This document shows, one piece after another, positions 1-8,989 of a DNA stretch of 64,000 nucleotides. The stretch lies in the NCBI GenBank assembly GCA_963817245.1, contig CAWFNQ010000001.1:157231-221230 (forward strand). The letters run 5' to 3'. A program made the translations under genes and the position numbers. This stretch comes from an uncultured Chloroflexia bacterium (GTDB lineage: Bacteria; Chloroflexota; Limnocylindria; Limnocylindrales; CSP1-4). Every line of letters starts with the position of its first letter. Positions within the stretch are counted from its first letter, which is position 1. The notes under the pieces were generated by a model. That model saw only the letters and a list, made by a program, of their open reading frames with translations, searched no databases and had not been told where the DNA came from.

Positions 1-408
1 CGGATCCGCTCGAGGAGCTCCTCGACGAGCGGGGCATGCTCGTCGAACGCGCCGTCACCGTGCGAGACGTGGTGGAGGTCCCACGTGATCCGATAGAAGG
101 GCAGCTCCGCGGTGGGCACGATCGAGAGGCCCTTGTTGTAGGTCTCGTAGAGCGTCCGGTGCGTGCCCGTACAGGTGCTCGTCGGTCCAGGCGCGACGGT
201 ACCCGGCGATCCGCGCACCGAGCACCAGGTCGTGGTTCCGCCCCGCGATGTCGAGCGGGTCGAACTGGAGCGACCCGAGGCGGTCCACGACGGCGAGCAC
301 GCTCGCGGGGTCGGCGGGGAGCGAGCGCGGCGGGGCCAGCAGGTGGCGGATGACCAGGAACCGCCGGGCCGTGGCCCGGTCGAGGGTCAGGGGGATGGGC
401 GGCTTCAC
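1..408 (-). pseudogene. YcaQ/DUF1006-like winged-helix DNA-binding (crosslink glycosylase family) protein. The 3' part runs off the left edge. One apparent frameshift near 160-180.
   Basis: ORF 55..408 starts MKPPIPLTLDRATARRFLVIRHLLAPP...LGSLQFDPLDIAGRNHDLVLGARIAGY, which is YcaQ-like. The family-like continuation TLYETYNKGLSIVPTAELPFYRITWDLHH... is readable only in a second minus frame, from ~175 down to nt 1. Family call from memory. Confidence 0.55.
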
Positions 409-415
409 CGCGCCG

Positions 416-1039
416 ATGGTACGGGACGGGCCCCTGCCGCGGCTGTGCTATGGTTCGGTTCTTCCCGATAGTACGGAGTTCCCGAACATTCCGATTCCAC
501 CGAAGCAGCCGGCGCCGCATGCGACGGGGAACCCGACGACCGGTCGTTCGGCCGGGACGACGGTCGACGATGCCGCGATCGAGCGGGTCGTCGAAGCCTT
601 CCACGTCATGATGCAGCGCCAGATGCGCCACCACGCTCCCGAACTGAGCGAGGTCGACGTCACGATGGCGCAGGTCAAGGCGCTCTACACCCTCGTCGCC
701 GCCGGCGAGCTGCGGATGTCCGCGCTGGCCACGAGCCTCGGCGTGACCTCGTCGACGGCCACGGGGCTCGTCGATCGACTGGTCGAGCTTGGTCTCGCGG
801 TCCGCCACGCGGACGCCCACGATCGCCGCCAGGTCGTCATCGGCGCCACCGACCGGGCCCGGGCGGTCCTCGAGCACTTCCGTGAGCTCAACGCGGCCCA
901 GATGCGCCATCTCCTGTCGTTCGTCGACCCGCGCGACCTCCCCGTCATCGAGCACGCCATCCGACTCATGAGCGACGCGAGCGATCGCGCCGCCGCCGCC
1001 CCCGGTCCGCCATCGATCGCCGAAGTGAGGAACCCGTGA
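416..1039 (+). CDS. MarR family transcriptional regulator (start uncertain)
   Basis: Classic MarR wHTH core: MAQVKALYTLVAAGELRMSALATSLGVTSSTATGLVDRLVELGLAVRHADAHDRRQVVIGATDRARAVL. The TGA stop overlaps the GTG start of the RND gene (GTGA at 1036-1039). In-frame ATGs lie at 395, 416 and 608. The lower-GC stretch 449-500, with imperfect inverted repeat GTTCGG (453-458) / CCGAAC (482-487), looks non-coding, so the N-terminus may carry an indel. Confidence 0.7.
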   Translation: MVRDGPLPRLCYGSVLPDSTEFPNIPIPPKQPAPHATGNPTTGRSAGTTVDDAAIERVVEAFHVMMQRQMRHHAPELSEVDVTMAQVKALYTLVAAGELRMSALATSLGVTSSTATGLVDRLVELGLAVRHADAHDRRQVVIGATDRARAVLEHFRELNAAQMRHLLSFVDPRDLPVIEHAIRLMSDASDRAAAAPGPPSIAEVRNP

Positions 1040-4000
1040 GCCGACTCAGCGCCCTCGCCGTCCGCAAGCGCAGCGTCACGCTGCTGCTGGCCTTCGCCCT
1101 GTTCGTCGCCGGGATCTCGGCCTGGGGCAGCCTCAAGCAGGAACTGCTCCCGGACATCGACTTCCCGGTCATCACGATCATCGCGCCCTTCCCCGGCGCC
1201 GGCGCCAGCGATGTCGCGAACCAGGTGGCCAAGCCGATCGAACAGGCGGTCTCGGGCGTGCCCCGCCTGGTGACGGTCCAGTCCACGTCCGCGAACTCGC
1301 TCGCCCTCGTCGTGGCCCAGTTCGAGTACGGGACGAACGTCAAGGACGCGACGGCGGCGGTCAGCGAGGGCGTGGCCAAGGCCGGGCTGCCGCCGACGGT
1401 CGAGCCGAACGTCTCGGCGCTCAACATCAACGCGTCCCCGGTCATCATCGCCTCCCTCGCGGCCCCCACCCAGGAGGGTCTCGAGCGGACGGCGGAGATC
1501 GCCCGGACCGAGGTCGTGCCGGAGCTGCTCGCGATCGACGGCGTGTCGCGCGCCGACGTGACCGGCGGCCTCGAGAGCCGCCTGATGGTCACGCTGGACC
1601 CGGCCAAGCTCGCCGCGAACGGCATGTCGGCACAGCAGGTCGTCGGCGTCCTGCAGGCGAACAACCTCACGGTCCCCTCCGGCCAGCTCGTCGAGGACGG
1701 CACGAAGATCCCGGTCTCGACCATCGGTTCGCTCACGACCGCCGACGAGGTCGCCGACGCTCGTCGTCGGGTTCGCGCCGGCCGCCCGCCGGCCACCCCC
1801 GCGGCCCCCGGTGCGTCGCCCGCCGCCGGCCGCGCCGCCGACCCCGGTCACCATCGGCGAGCTCGGGACGGTGGCGATCGACCAGGCGGCGACGACCGGC
1901 TATGCCCGCACGAACGGCGTCGCCGTCGCTGACGCTCTCGGTCACCAAGACCTCGGACGCGAACACGGTCCTGGTGGCCGACGCCGTCACGGCCAAGCTC
2001 GACGAGATCGCCGCCCGCCACCCCGACGAGCTCAAGGTCACGATCGTCTCGGACCTGTCGGACTTCATCACGGAGTCGACCGGCGGGCTGCTCCGCGAGG
2101 GCGGCCTCGGCGCCCTGTTCGCGGTCATCACGATCTTCCTGTTCCTGTTCAGCCTGCGCGCGACGATCGTGGCCGCGGTGAGCATCCCGCTCTCGATCCT
2201 GACGGCGCTCGTGATCATGCAGCTCACCGGGATCAGCCTGAACATCATGACCCTCGGTGGCCTGGCGGTCGCCGTCGGCCGGGTCGTCGACGACGCCATC
2301 GTCGTCCTCGAGAACATCTACCGGCACCGTGCGCTCGGTGAGGACCGGATGACCGCGGTCCTCAATGGCCCGCGAGAAGGTGGCCGGGGCGATCACCGCC
2401 AGCACGCTCACGACCGTCGCCGTGTTCCTGCCGCTCGGGTTCGTCGGCGGACTCGTCAGCCAGTTCTTCCTGCCGTTCGCGCTGACGGTGACCTTCGCGC
2501 TGCTCGCGTCGCTGGTCTGTGCCCTGACCGTCGTCCCGGTCCTCGCCTACTTCCTCGTCGACCGGGTCCGCATGCGAGGTGGACGAGGACGGCGAGCCGA
2601 TGAACTCGATCTGGATCCGCATCTACACCCCGACCATCACAGTTCGCGCTCCGCTCCCGGGCGACCAAGTTCGGCGTGCTCGGCGTGGCCGGCGTCCTGT
2701 TCGTCCTGGCGATGTCGCTGGTCTCGTCGCTGCCGACCCAGTTCATCAACGCGGGGTCCGAGAAGATCCTGCAGGTGAGCATCGCGCCGCCGTCGGGGAC
2801 GCCGTCGGACGTCGTCCTGGCCACGGCGATCGAGGCCGAGGCGATCATCGACGCCGATCCGGACGTCGAGCTCATCCAGACGAGCATCCCCGGCGAGGGT
2901 GACACGAGCTTCCAGACGATCATCGCCGCCCAGAGCGGCCGGCCGGCGAACAGCGCCACGTTGACCGTCCGCCTCGACCCCGCGGTCGATCTCGCCGACC
3001 AAGACCACCGACTTCAACGACGCCATGGCGCCGATCAAGGCCGATGGCTACGACGTCCAGGTCTCCGAGGCGGCCGGCTTCACCTCGAACGGCCTGAACA
3101 TCATCGTCAGCGCCGAGGACCCGGCCGTGGTCGCGTCGACCACCGAGACCGTGGTCGACGGCCCTTGCCGACCAGCCCGGCATCACGAACCTCAAGAGCG
3201 ACCTCGTCAAGGCGACGACCGAGGTCCAGGTCACGGTCGACCCGAACAAGGCCATCGGCGTGGGCCTCACCGCCGTCCAGGTCGCCAACGAGGTGCGCAC
3301 CGCGCTCGTGCCGACCACGGCCACCCAGGTCACGATCGAGGACGGCCGGCCGGTCGACCTCATCGTCCAGCTCGATCCGGCCACGGTCGGTTCCGTCGAT
3401 GCGCTCCGCCAGCTGCCGGTGGGCACGGTCGCCAAGGTCCCGCTCGTCCCAGGTCGCGACCGTCGAGCAGGCCGACGTCCAGGGCAGCATCACCCGCATC
3501 GACCAGTCACCGGCCTCGTCGATCACGGCGAAGATCACCAGCGAGGACACCGGCGCCGTCTCGGCCGCCGTGGCCGCCGAGATCGATTCGCTCAAGGCGT
3601 CGGGGCAGATCCCGCCGGCCGCGACCGTCGAGCTCGCCGGGGTCACCCAGCAGCAGAGCGAGGCGTTCGGTGGCCTGTTCGCCTCGATGGGCGTCGCCAT
3701 CCTGCTCGTCTACGTGATGATGGTGCTCGCGTTCAACTCGCTCGTGACGCCGTTCATCATCCTGTTCAGCCTGCCGCTCGCCCTCATCGGCGCGTTCCCG
3801 GCGCTGTACCTGACCGGCCGGCCCATCGGCGTCAGCGCGCTCATCGGGTTCCTGATGCTCATCGGGATCGTGGTGACGAACGCGATCGTCCTTCTCGACC
3901 TCGTCGAGCGGCTGCGCCGCCAGGGCTACTCGACCCACGACGCCCTCGTCGAGGGCGGGCGGACCCGTGTCCGGCCGATCCTCATGACCGCGATCGCGAC

Positions 4001-4223
4001 GATCCTTGCGTTGATCCCGCTCGCCGCGGGCTTCAACCAGGGGAGCATCATCGCGGCCGAGCTCGGCACGGTCGTCATCGGCGGCCTGTTCAGCTCGACG
4101 TTCCTGACGCTGATCGTCGTGCCGGTGGTCTACTCGCTGGTCGACGGGCTCAAGCAGCGGGTGAGCCGGCTCGGCCGGCCATCCCTGCCGGAACCCGGGC
4201 AGGAGGCCGCGACGCCCGGCTGA
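1036..4223 (+). pseudogene. RND superfamily efflux permease (AcrB/MMPL/HAE-like), broken by about 8 frameshifts (pseudogene or assembly indels)
   Basis: Pieces in three frames join into one ~1060-aa RND permease: MSRLSALAVRKRSVTLLLAFALFVAGISAWGSLKQELLPDIDFPVITI...; ...LFSLRATIVAAVSIPLSILTALVIMQLTGISLNIMTLGGLAVAVGRVVDDAIVVLENIYRH...; C-terminal ...LAFNSLVTPFIILFSLPLALIGAFPALYLTGRPIGVSALIGFLMLIGIVVTNAIVLLD.... Frame switches at about 1757, 1920, 2366, 2575, 2640, 3000, 3162, 3450. No membrane-fusion partner gene is adjacent. Confidence 0.85.
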
Positions 4224-4238
4224 CGAGCCCGGACACGG

Positions 4239-4274
4239 GACGGCGGCCGGGCCACGAGGGCTTCGGCCGCCGTC
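4239..4274. terminator. GC-rich hairpin between convergent genes (possible bidirectional terminator)
   Basis: GACGGCGGCCG (4239-4249) pairs with CGGCCGCCGTC (4264-4274) around a 14-nt loop. It sits between the stops at 4223 (+) and 4298 (-). There is no U tract, so terminator function is only inferred. Confidence 0.4.
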
Positions 4275-4297
4275 GGATCGATCGGGTCAGCTGAAGA

Positions 4298-4624
4298 TCA
4301 GATGCCGAGGACCTTCGCCTTGGCAGCCGCGAATTCCTCGTCGCTCAGGATGCCCTGCGTGTGGAGGTTGGCCAGGTTCTGGAGCTCGGCCGTGGTCGAA
4401 TCCACGGGTGCAGCGGCCGGTGCCGGCGGCGGAGCCGCGGCTGCGGCCTGCGCCTGGGCATCGGCGACACCCTGCTCATAGATCTGCTGCTGCGTGGCTT
4501 GCGCCTCGGCGTTCTGGTTCGCGTACTTCTGCTGCTGGTGATGGGAGACGGCCCCAGCCGTCCCGGCGACCACGGCGGTGGTCGCGGCCATGCGGACCAA
4601 GCCGGGCCCTCGTCGTCGCATCAT
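4298..4624 (-). CDS. SHOCT domain-containing protein
   Basis: The C-terminus TAELQNLANLHTQGILSDEEFAAAKAKVLGI matches the short C-terminal oligomerisation (SHOCT) pattern. N-terminal hydrophobic segment, then a Gln/Ala-rich linker. Confidence 0.75.
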   Translation of the reverse strand: MMRRRGPGLVRMAATTAVVAGTAGAVSHHQQQKYANQNAEAQATQQQIYEQGVADAQAQAAAAAPPPAPAAAPVDSTTAELQNLANLHTQGILSDEEFAAAKAKVLGI

Positions 4625-4654
4625 CGTCGATACCTCCTGTCGTGCTCGCGACCG

Positions 4655-5089
4655 TCAGGCGGTCGCGCCTTCGCGGGCGAAATCGATCGCGGCTTGCACG
4701 ACATCGCGCGGGACCCGCTGGATGTCGACGAGCACGCCGCCGGCCCCCGCGACCGCGTCGGCGAACCGGGCCGCCCAGAGATCTTCCCAGACCAGCACCG
4801 CCGCCGACGAGTTCGCATCGAGCGCGTCGCCGATGTCCTCGAGGTCGCCCTGATTGATGAGCCCGTCGCGCTCCTCGAAGATCCAGGAAAGGGCCGCCAT
4901 CAGATCGGACCCCTCGTCCTCGAGCTCGAGCGCCGTGATGTCCCCGTTCTCGTCCTTGTGGACGAACGCCAGGTCGAGGATCCGGATGGTGCCGGAATCG
5001 ACGAGGTCCTTCAGCGCCGGGGCGATCTCACCTTTGAACTGGTTGCCCGGGAAGGCGACGACCATGTATTCGACTGGTCCCATGCCCAT
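4655..5089 (-). CDS. Small acidic soluble protein of unknown function (DUF6325/DUF1269-like, uncertain), 144 aa
   Basis: ATG at 5089 with GGAG 6-9 nt upstream. Sequence: MGMGPVEYMVVAFPGNQFKGEIAPALKDLVDSGTIRILDLAFVHKDENGDITALELEDEG.... The longer ORF 4655..5602 is rejected because its upstream part is Arg/Ser/Pro-rich antisense of the SPFH gene. Confidence 0.6.
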   Translation of the reverse strand: MGMGPVEYMVVAFPGNQFKGEIAPALKDLVDSGTIRILDLAFVHKDENGDITALELEDEGSDLMAALSWIFEERDGLINQGDLEDIGDALDANSSAAVLVWEDLWAARFADAVAGAGGVLVDIQRVPRDVVQAAIDFAREGATA

Positions 5090-5126
5090 GCACTGTCTCC
5101 TTGCCTGAATGGGGTCCCACAGTGTG

Positions 5127-6293
5127 TCAGGCGCGGCTGGTCCTCGCTGTGCCGCCGCGCTTGGCCGGCGGCGAGGCGTCGTCGGCGACGCTTTCGGACA
5201 GCGTGTGCATGAGCAGCGCGTCGGCGATGTCACCGCCGCCCACCTGCACCATGGCCCTCGTGTTGCCCGCGAGCGCACGCGCCACGGCGAGCCGTTCGGA
5301 CTCGACATCCCAGCGCGCGGCGTTCGGATAGGCGGCCAGGCGTTCCTCGAGATGCTGGAGTCGGAGCGCCTCGTTGGCGGCTTCGAGCTCGAGCTGTTCG
5401 CGATGCGCCGTCGCCTTCTGACGCTCGAGCCCCTGGCGGTCGGCGAGGAGCCGTTCCTCGAGGGCGTGCCGGTCGGTCTGCTCGTCGCGCTGGACGCTCG
5501 CGAGCCGGCGCGACTCGCGCGACGCCATGAACTCGACCGGCGGGTGGATGCCGGTCGCGACGACCCGTCCGATCTCGACGCCGTACCCCGCCAGGGCCTC
5601 ACCGATCGTCGTGCGCATGGCGGCCGTGTCGTCGTCCGCGAGGTCGAGGATCTCGTCCGAGCGCTTGCTTCGGATGAGCAGGCGCGACGCCTCGAGGGTG
5701 GCGGCCAGGCAGACCTCGTCGAAATCCGGTGCCGAGATCGCGAACACGAACCGGTCGGGGGCGGTGATCCGGAAGGTCAGCAGCAGTTCGAGGTCGACGC
5801 GCACGTCGTCGCTCGTGGGTGTCCCGAGGGCCGCCGAGGCGAACGGGATCTCGCGGATCGTGACCAGGTGCGACACCACGATCCATGGCGGGACGATGTG
5901 CCGCCCGGCGCCGACCGTCCGCCAGTAGCGGCCGCCCTTCAGCAGCAGGGCCTGGGCGCCCTCGGGCACCCCGACGATGAACGATTGGAAGACGCCGAGG
6001 AAGACCGCGATGACGCCGAGCCCGAGGAGCCCGCCCCGGAGGGGCAGCTCGAGGTCGAGCACGAACCCGACCACGATGAGGATGGCGCCGACGATGACGA
6101 ACTCGTTGCGGATGCGGAACGGCTGATCGGGCAGGACGACGATCGGCAGGCGGCCACTCGCGTCGGGGACGGCGAAGGCCTCGGCGGCGCGGTCGAGCGG
6201 GACGCGGACCTGTGTCAGTTGGGCGTCGATCGCGACCGGTGCGGCGACCGCCGCGGGCGCGGGAAGGACCTGGGTCGACGGGTCGTCTGCCAT
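5127..6293 (-). CDS. SPFH/Band 7 (stomatin/flotillin-like) membrane protein with long C-terminal coiled coil
   Basis: Two N-terminal TM helices, then an SPFH-like core (VPEGAQALLLKGGRYWRTVGAGRHIVPPWIVVSHLVTIREIPF...VRVDLELLLTFRI...), then heptad-like ERLLADRQGLERQKATAHREQLELEAANEALRLQHLEERL. Its ATG overlaps the upstream stop (TGATG, 6291-6295). Confidence 0.8.
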   Translation of the reverse strand: MADDPSTQVLPAPAAVAAPVAIDAQLTQVRVPLDRAAEAFAVPDASGRLPIVVLPDQPFRIRNEFVIVGAILIVVGFVLDLELPLRGGLLGLGVIAVFLGVFQSFIVGVPEGAQALLLKGGRYWRTVGAGRHIVPPWIVVSHLVTIREIPFASAALGTPTSDDVRVDLELLLTFRITAPDRFVFAISAPDFDEVCLAATLEASRLLIRSKRSDEILDLADDDTAAMRTTIGEALAGYGVEIGRVVATGIHPPVEFMASRESRRLASVQRDEQTDRHALEERLLADRQGLERQKATAHREQLELEAANEALRLQHLEERLAAYPNAARWDVESERLAVARALAGNTRAMVQVGGGDIADALLMHTLSESVADDASPPAKRGGTARTSRA

Positions 6294-7757
6294 CAGGCGG
6301 GCACCTCACGGGTCTCGGGCGGGCGAGCGGCGCTCGCGGTGGGCGGGGCAGGGACGGTGGCATACGACGGTGCCGCGACGCGGGCCGAGGCCGTGGCGAC
6401 CGCTCCGGGCCGGCGGACGCGGACCCGCCGCGCGACGGGGACGACGGCGACCGGGAGCGGGTCCCCGGGCAGCAGCCCGGCCGGGCGCGGCGGTTCGGAG
6501 AAGCGGCCGTGCACGTAGCGGACCACGTCCGCCCCGAACGCGATGATCGGCCCGGAGAGCAGGAGCAGGAGCAGGCCGATATTGCCGAGGATGATGACCC
6601 CCGGCACGAGGATCGCCGGGTGCACGCGGAGTCGCTCGTCGCCGTACCGGCTGCCGACGAGCCGTCCCGTCAGCCACCGGGCGACGATGTACACGAGGAC
6701 GTAGACGCCGGCGCGAGGTGGGTCGATGGCGAGGAGGAAGACGGCCGGCAGGAACCCGAGGATGGGCCCGACCTCCGGGATCACCTGGGTGACACCGGCG
6801 AAGACCGCGAGCGCGAGGGGCCCCAGGAACGTCGGCCCGCCGAGCTTCGGCGAGGCCGTGAACCCGACCCATGCCAGTGCGGCGACCACGAAGGCGACGA
6901 CCACGTACCCGCGCAGGTACGTCCCGGCCGCCCGGTCGGCCATCCGGACGACCGCCCAGAGGTCCGGGCGCAGCCAGCCCGCGACCTCGCGGTCGAACGC
7001 CTGCCGGCCCTGGTGGCGGTCGGTCATGACGGTCAGGATCCAGGTCGGCAGCACGAGCAGGCCGAGGATGGCCCCGACGACGCCGAGGGCAGCCTGCAGG
7101 ATGGCCGGCGCGGCCTGGTCCAGGCCGGACGCGGCTCCATCGAGCCCATCGGTGACGAGCTTGAGGATCGCGAGGGCGATCGGACGGGCGATCTCGCGGC
7201 CGCTCGGCGGCAAGCCGGTCAGGAGATCGTCGAGGGACTTCGTCAGCTCCGTGGCGCTCGGCAGGCTGGCCGTCAGGGCGATCGTGGCGCTCACGAGCGG
7301 CGGGACGACGATCAGCACGACCCCGACCAGGATGCCGACGACGGCGAGCATCGAGAGGGCCGCGGCGAGGACCCGCGGCATGACGCGGTCCAGGGCGTCG
7401 ACGAGCGGCAGGGCCGCGTAGGCGAGGAGGCCGCCGACGGCGAACGGCAGGAGCGTCGGCCACGTCCCGACGACGAAGGCGAGGACGATCAGCACGACGC
7501 TCGACGCCCAGCACCGCACGCCCGACGGCGGCCGGGGTGACCGTCGCGAGCCGGTCGGCCACGTGCGACCACTCGGTCCTGGCCCGTGCCTTGGCGCGGA
7601 CGAGGTCCTGGCTCTCGGAAGCGGCGCCGGTTCGAGACGGGTCGGTCAATCGCTCCTCCCGCGATCCGTCGCTCGGGATCGCCTCCCGTGGGCCGCCCAT
7701 CATGACGGAATCCGGCGCGGCCGGGGTGGGTCGCATGGACCGATCTCGGGCGGGCAT
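6293..7757 (-). pseudogene. AI-2E family transporter (PerM/YhhT-like), one frameshift near 7508; start uncertain (7700-7757)
   Basis: ORF 6293..7519 is a multi-TM AI-2E-like protein (...LLPFAVGGLLAYAALPLVDALDRVMPR..., ...VTQVIPEVGPILGFLPAVFLLAID...). The N-terminal helix RLATVTPAAVGRAVLG lies in a second minus frame (ORF 6306..7757). Confidence 0.75.
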
Positions 7758-7855
7758 GATGGCCCTACCGCTGTGGGTTCGGATGCGTCACTATGTGCGG
7801 CGGTCCTCGGCATCCTGCCGGCACGACCCCCCGATGGCTTCGAACAGGAGGAGCG

Positions 7856-8341
7856 ATGACGACCCTAGCGACGGCTCGACAGGTGCTTGGACGGCCGGTG
7901 GTGCCGCTCCTGGCACTGGTGGCCGTGATCCTCGCCGGCTGCAATCAGGTGGGTGGGCAGACCCTGACGTTCTGGGACCTCGTCTGGGGTCTGGTCATCT
8001 TCTTCTTCTGGTTCATGTTCATCTGGATCTTCATCACGATCTTCGCCGACATCTTCCGCCGGAACGACCTGTCCGGCGGCTGGAAGGCGATCTGGATCGT
8101 GGTGCTCGTCCTGATCCCGTTCCTCGGGGCGCTGATCTACATGATCTCGCGGCCGAAGGTGACCGCCCAGGACGTCCAGATGATGACCCAGGCCGAAGCC
8201 GGCTATAAGGCGGCCGCGTCGGTCTCCACGACCGATCAGCTCGCGAAGCTGGCCGATCTCAAGGCATCGGGCGCCATCACGGAGCCTGAGTACGAGACCC
8301 TCAAGAAGCAGGTCATGGGCGGCGGCGGCACCGCCAGCTAG
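7856..8341 (+). CDS. Membrane protein with PLDc_N (cardiolipin-synthase N-terminal-like) domain and C-terminal SHOCT domain
   Basis: ATG at 7856 preceded by AGGAGGAGCG. FWDLVWGLVIFFFWFMFIWIFITIFADIFRRNDLSGGWKAIWIVVLVLIPFLGALIYMISRPK is PLDc_N-like. C-terminus: DQLAKLADLKASGAITEPEYETLKKQVM (SHOCT). Confidence 0.75.
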   Translation: MTTLATARQVLGRPVVPLLALVAVILAGCNQVGGQTLTFWDLVWGLVIFFFWFMFIWIFITIFADIFRRNDLSGGWKAIWIVVLVLIPFLGALIYMISRPKVTAQDVQMMTQAEAGYKAAASVSTTDQLAKLADLKASGAITEPEYETLKKQVMGGGGTAS

Positions 8342-8362
8342 ACCTCGAACCCTCGCGAATCA

Positions 8363-8400
8363 GAACGGCGGGAGCCCGGCCGAGCCGGCTCCCGCCGTTC
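8363..8400. terminator. Strong GC hairpin between convergent genes (bidirectional terminator candidate)
   Basis: GAACGGCGGGAGCC(C)GGC pairs with GCCGGCTCCCGCCGTTC, giving a 16-17 bp stem. It lies between the stops at 8341 (+) and 8455 (-). Confidence 0.55.
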
Positions 8401-8454
8401 CATGTCATCCGCCTGGCACGCTCGGCGCCGCGTCGACGCCGACGGCCGGATCGA

Positions 8455-8838
8455 TCACTCTTCGGCCATGCCGAACGCGCGTCGGACCGACGCCCGGTTC
8501 AGGTACCAGAGCAGGATCAGCGGGAACGCCGTCGTCGCGAGCGCGTAGTTGAGGCTGCCGGTCCCGAGGAGGGCGAAGACCGCCTCGACGATGCCGAAGA
8601 TCGCCAGGATCATCCCGAGCATCCAGCCCCACGGCTGGAGCCGCCAGGCCGCGAGGCCGCCGGCCCAGAAGGCCACCCCGGTGATGACGACCAGCCAGCC
8701 GTAGATCCAGGCGCCTGAGCCGGTCTGCAGCGGCCCGAACGTGACGGCGGTCGTCATCTGGAACCCGAGCATGATGTATGTCAGTCCCGCCGCCGCGAAG
8801 ATGATCGCGAGCAGCGTGACCCCGAACGGTCGATTCAC
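8455..8838 (-). CDS. Four-helix small membrane protein, paralog of 14450..14857
   Basis: GTG at 8838 with GGGAGG ~10 nt upstream. Sequence: VNRPFGVTLLAIIFAAAGLTYIMLGF...WRLQPWGWMLGMILAIFG...LILLWYLNRASVRRAF. It shares the WGW-x-L-x-M and YLN-x-x-SVR patterns with the first gene of the operon. Confidence 0.65.
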   Translation of the reverse strand: MNRPFGVTLLAIIFAAAGLTYIMLGFQMTTAVTFGPLQTGSGAWIYGWLVVITGVAFWAGGLAAWRLQPWGWMLGMILAIFGIVEAVFALLGTGSLNYALATTAFPLILLWYLNRASVRRAFGMAEE

Positions 8839-8989
8839 GGTGCGTCTACCTCCCTGCCGGACCGGCTCGAGTGGTCGACCCACCTGATGTCCACGGCGCG
8901 CGGCGTCGGGCCATCGTACGAGACCCCCGGGCAGCCGGTGTGGCCGCCACGCGGTGGGGCGGTGCGGCCGCCACGCGGTGTGACGGCCG

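Noticed and set aside
685-1854. 389-aa and 276-aa minus-strand ORFs overlapping MarR and the start of the RND gene. Similar long shadow ORFs occur at 11195..12727, 12875..14314, 19315..21096, 31228..32505, 44328..45539, 46359..47792 and 57632..59335.
   Set aside because: All are antisense or off-frame shadows of genes with clear homolog-like sequence. All have Arg/Gly/Pro/Asp-rich products and no RBS-plus-start context.
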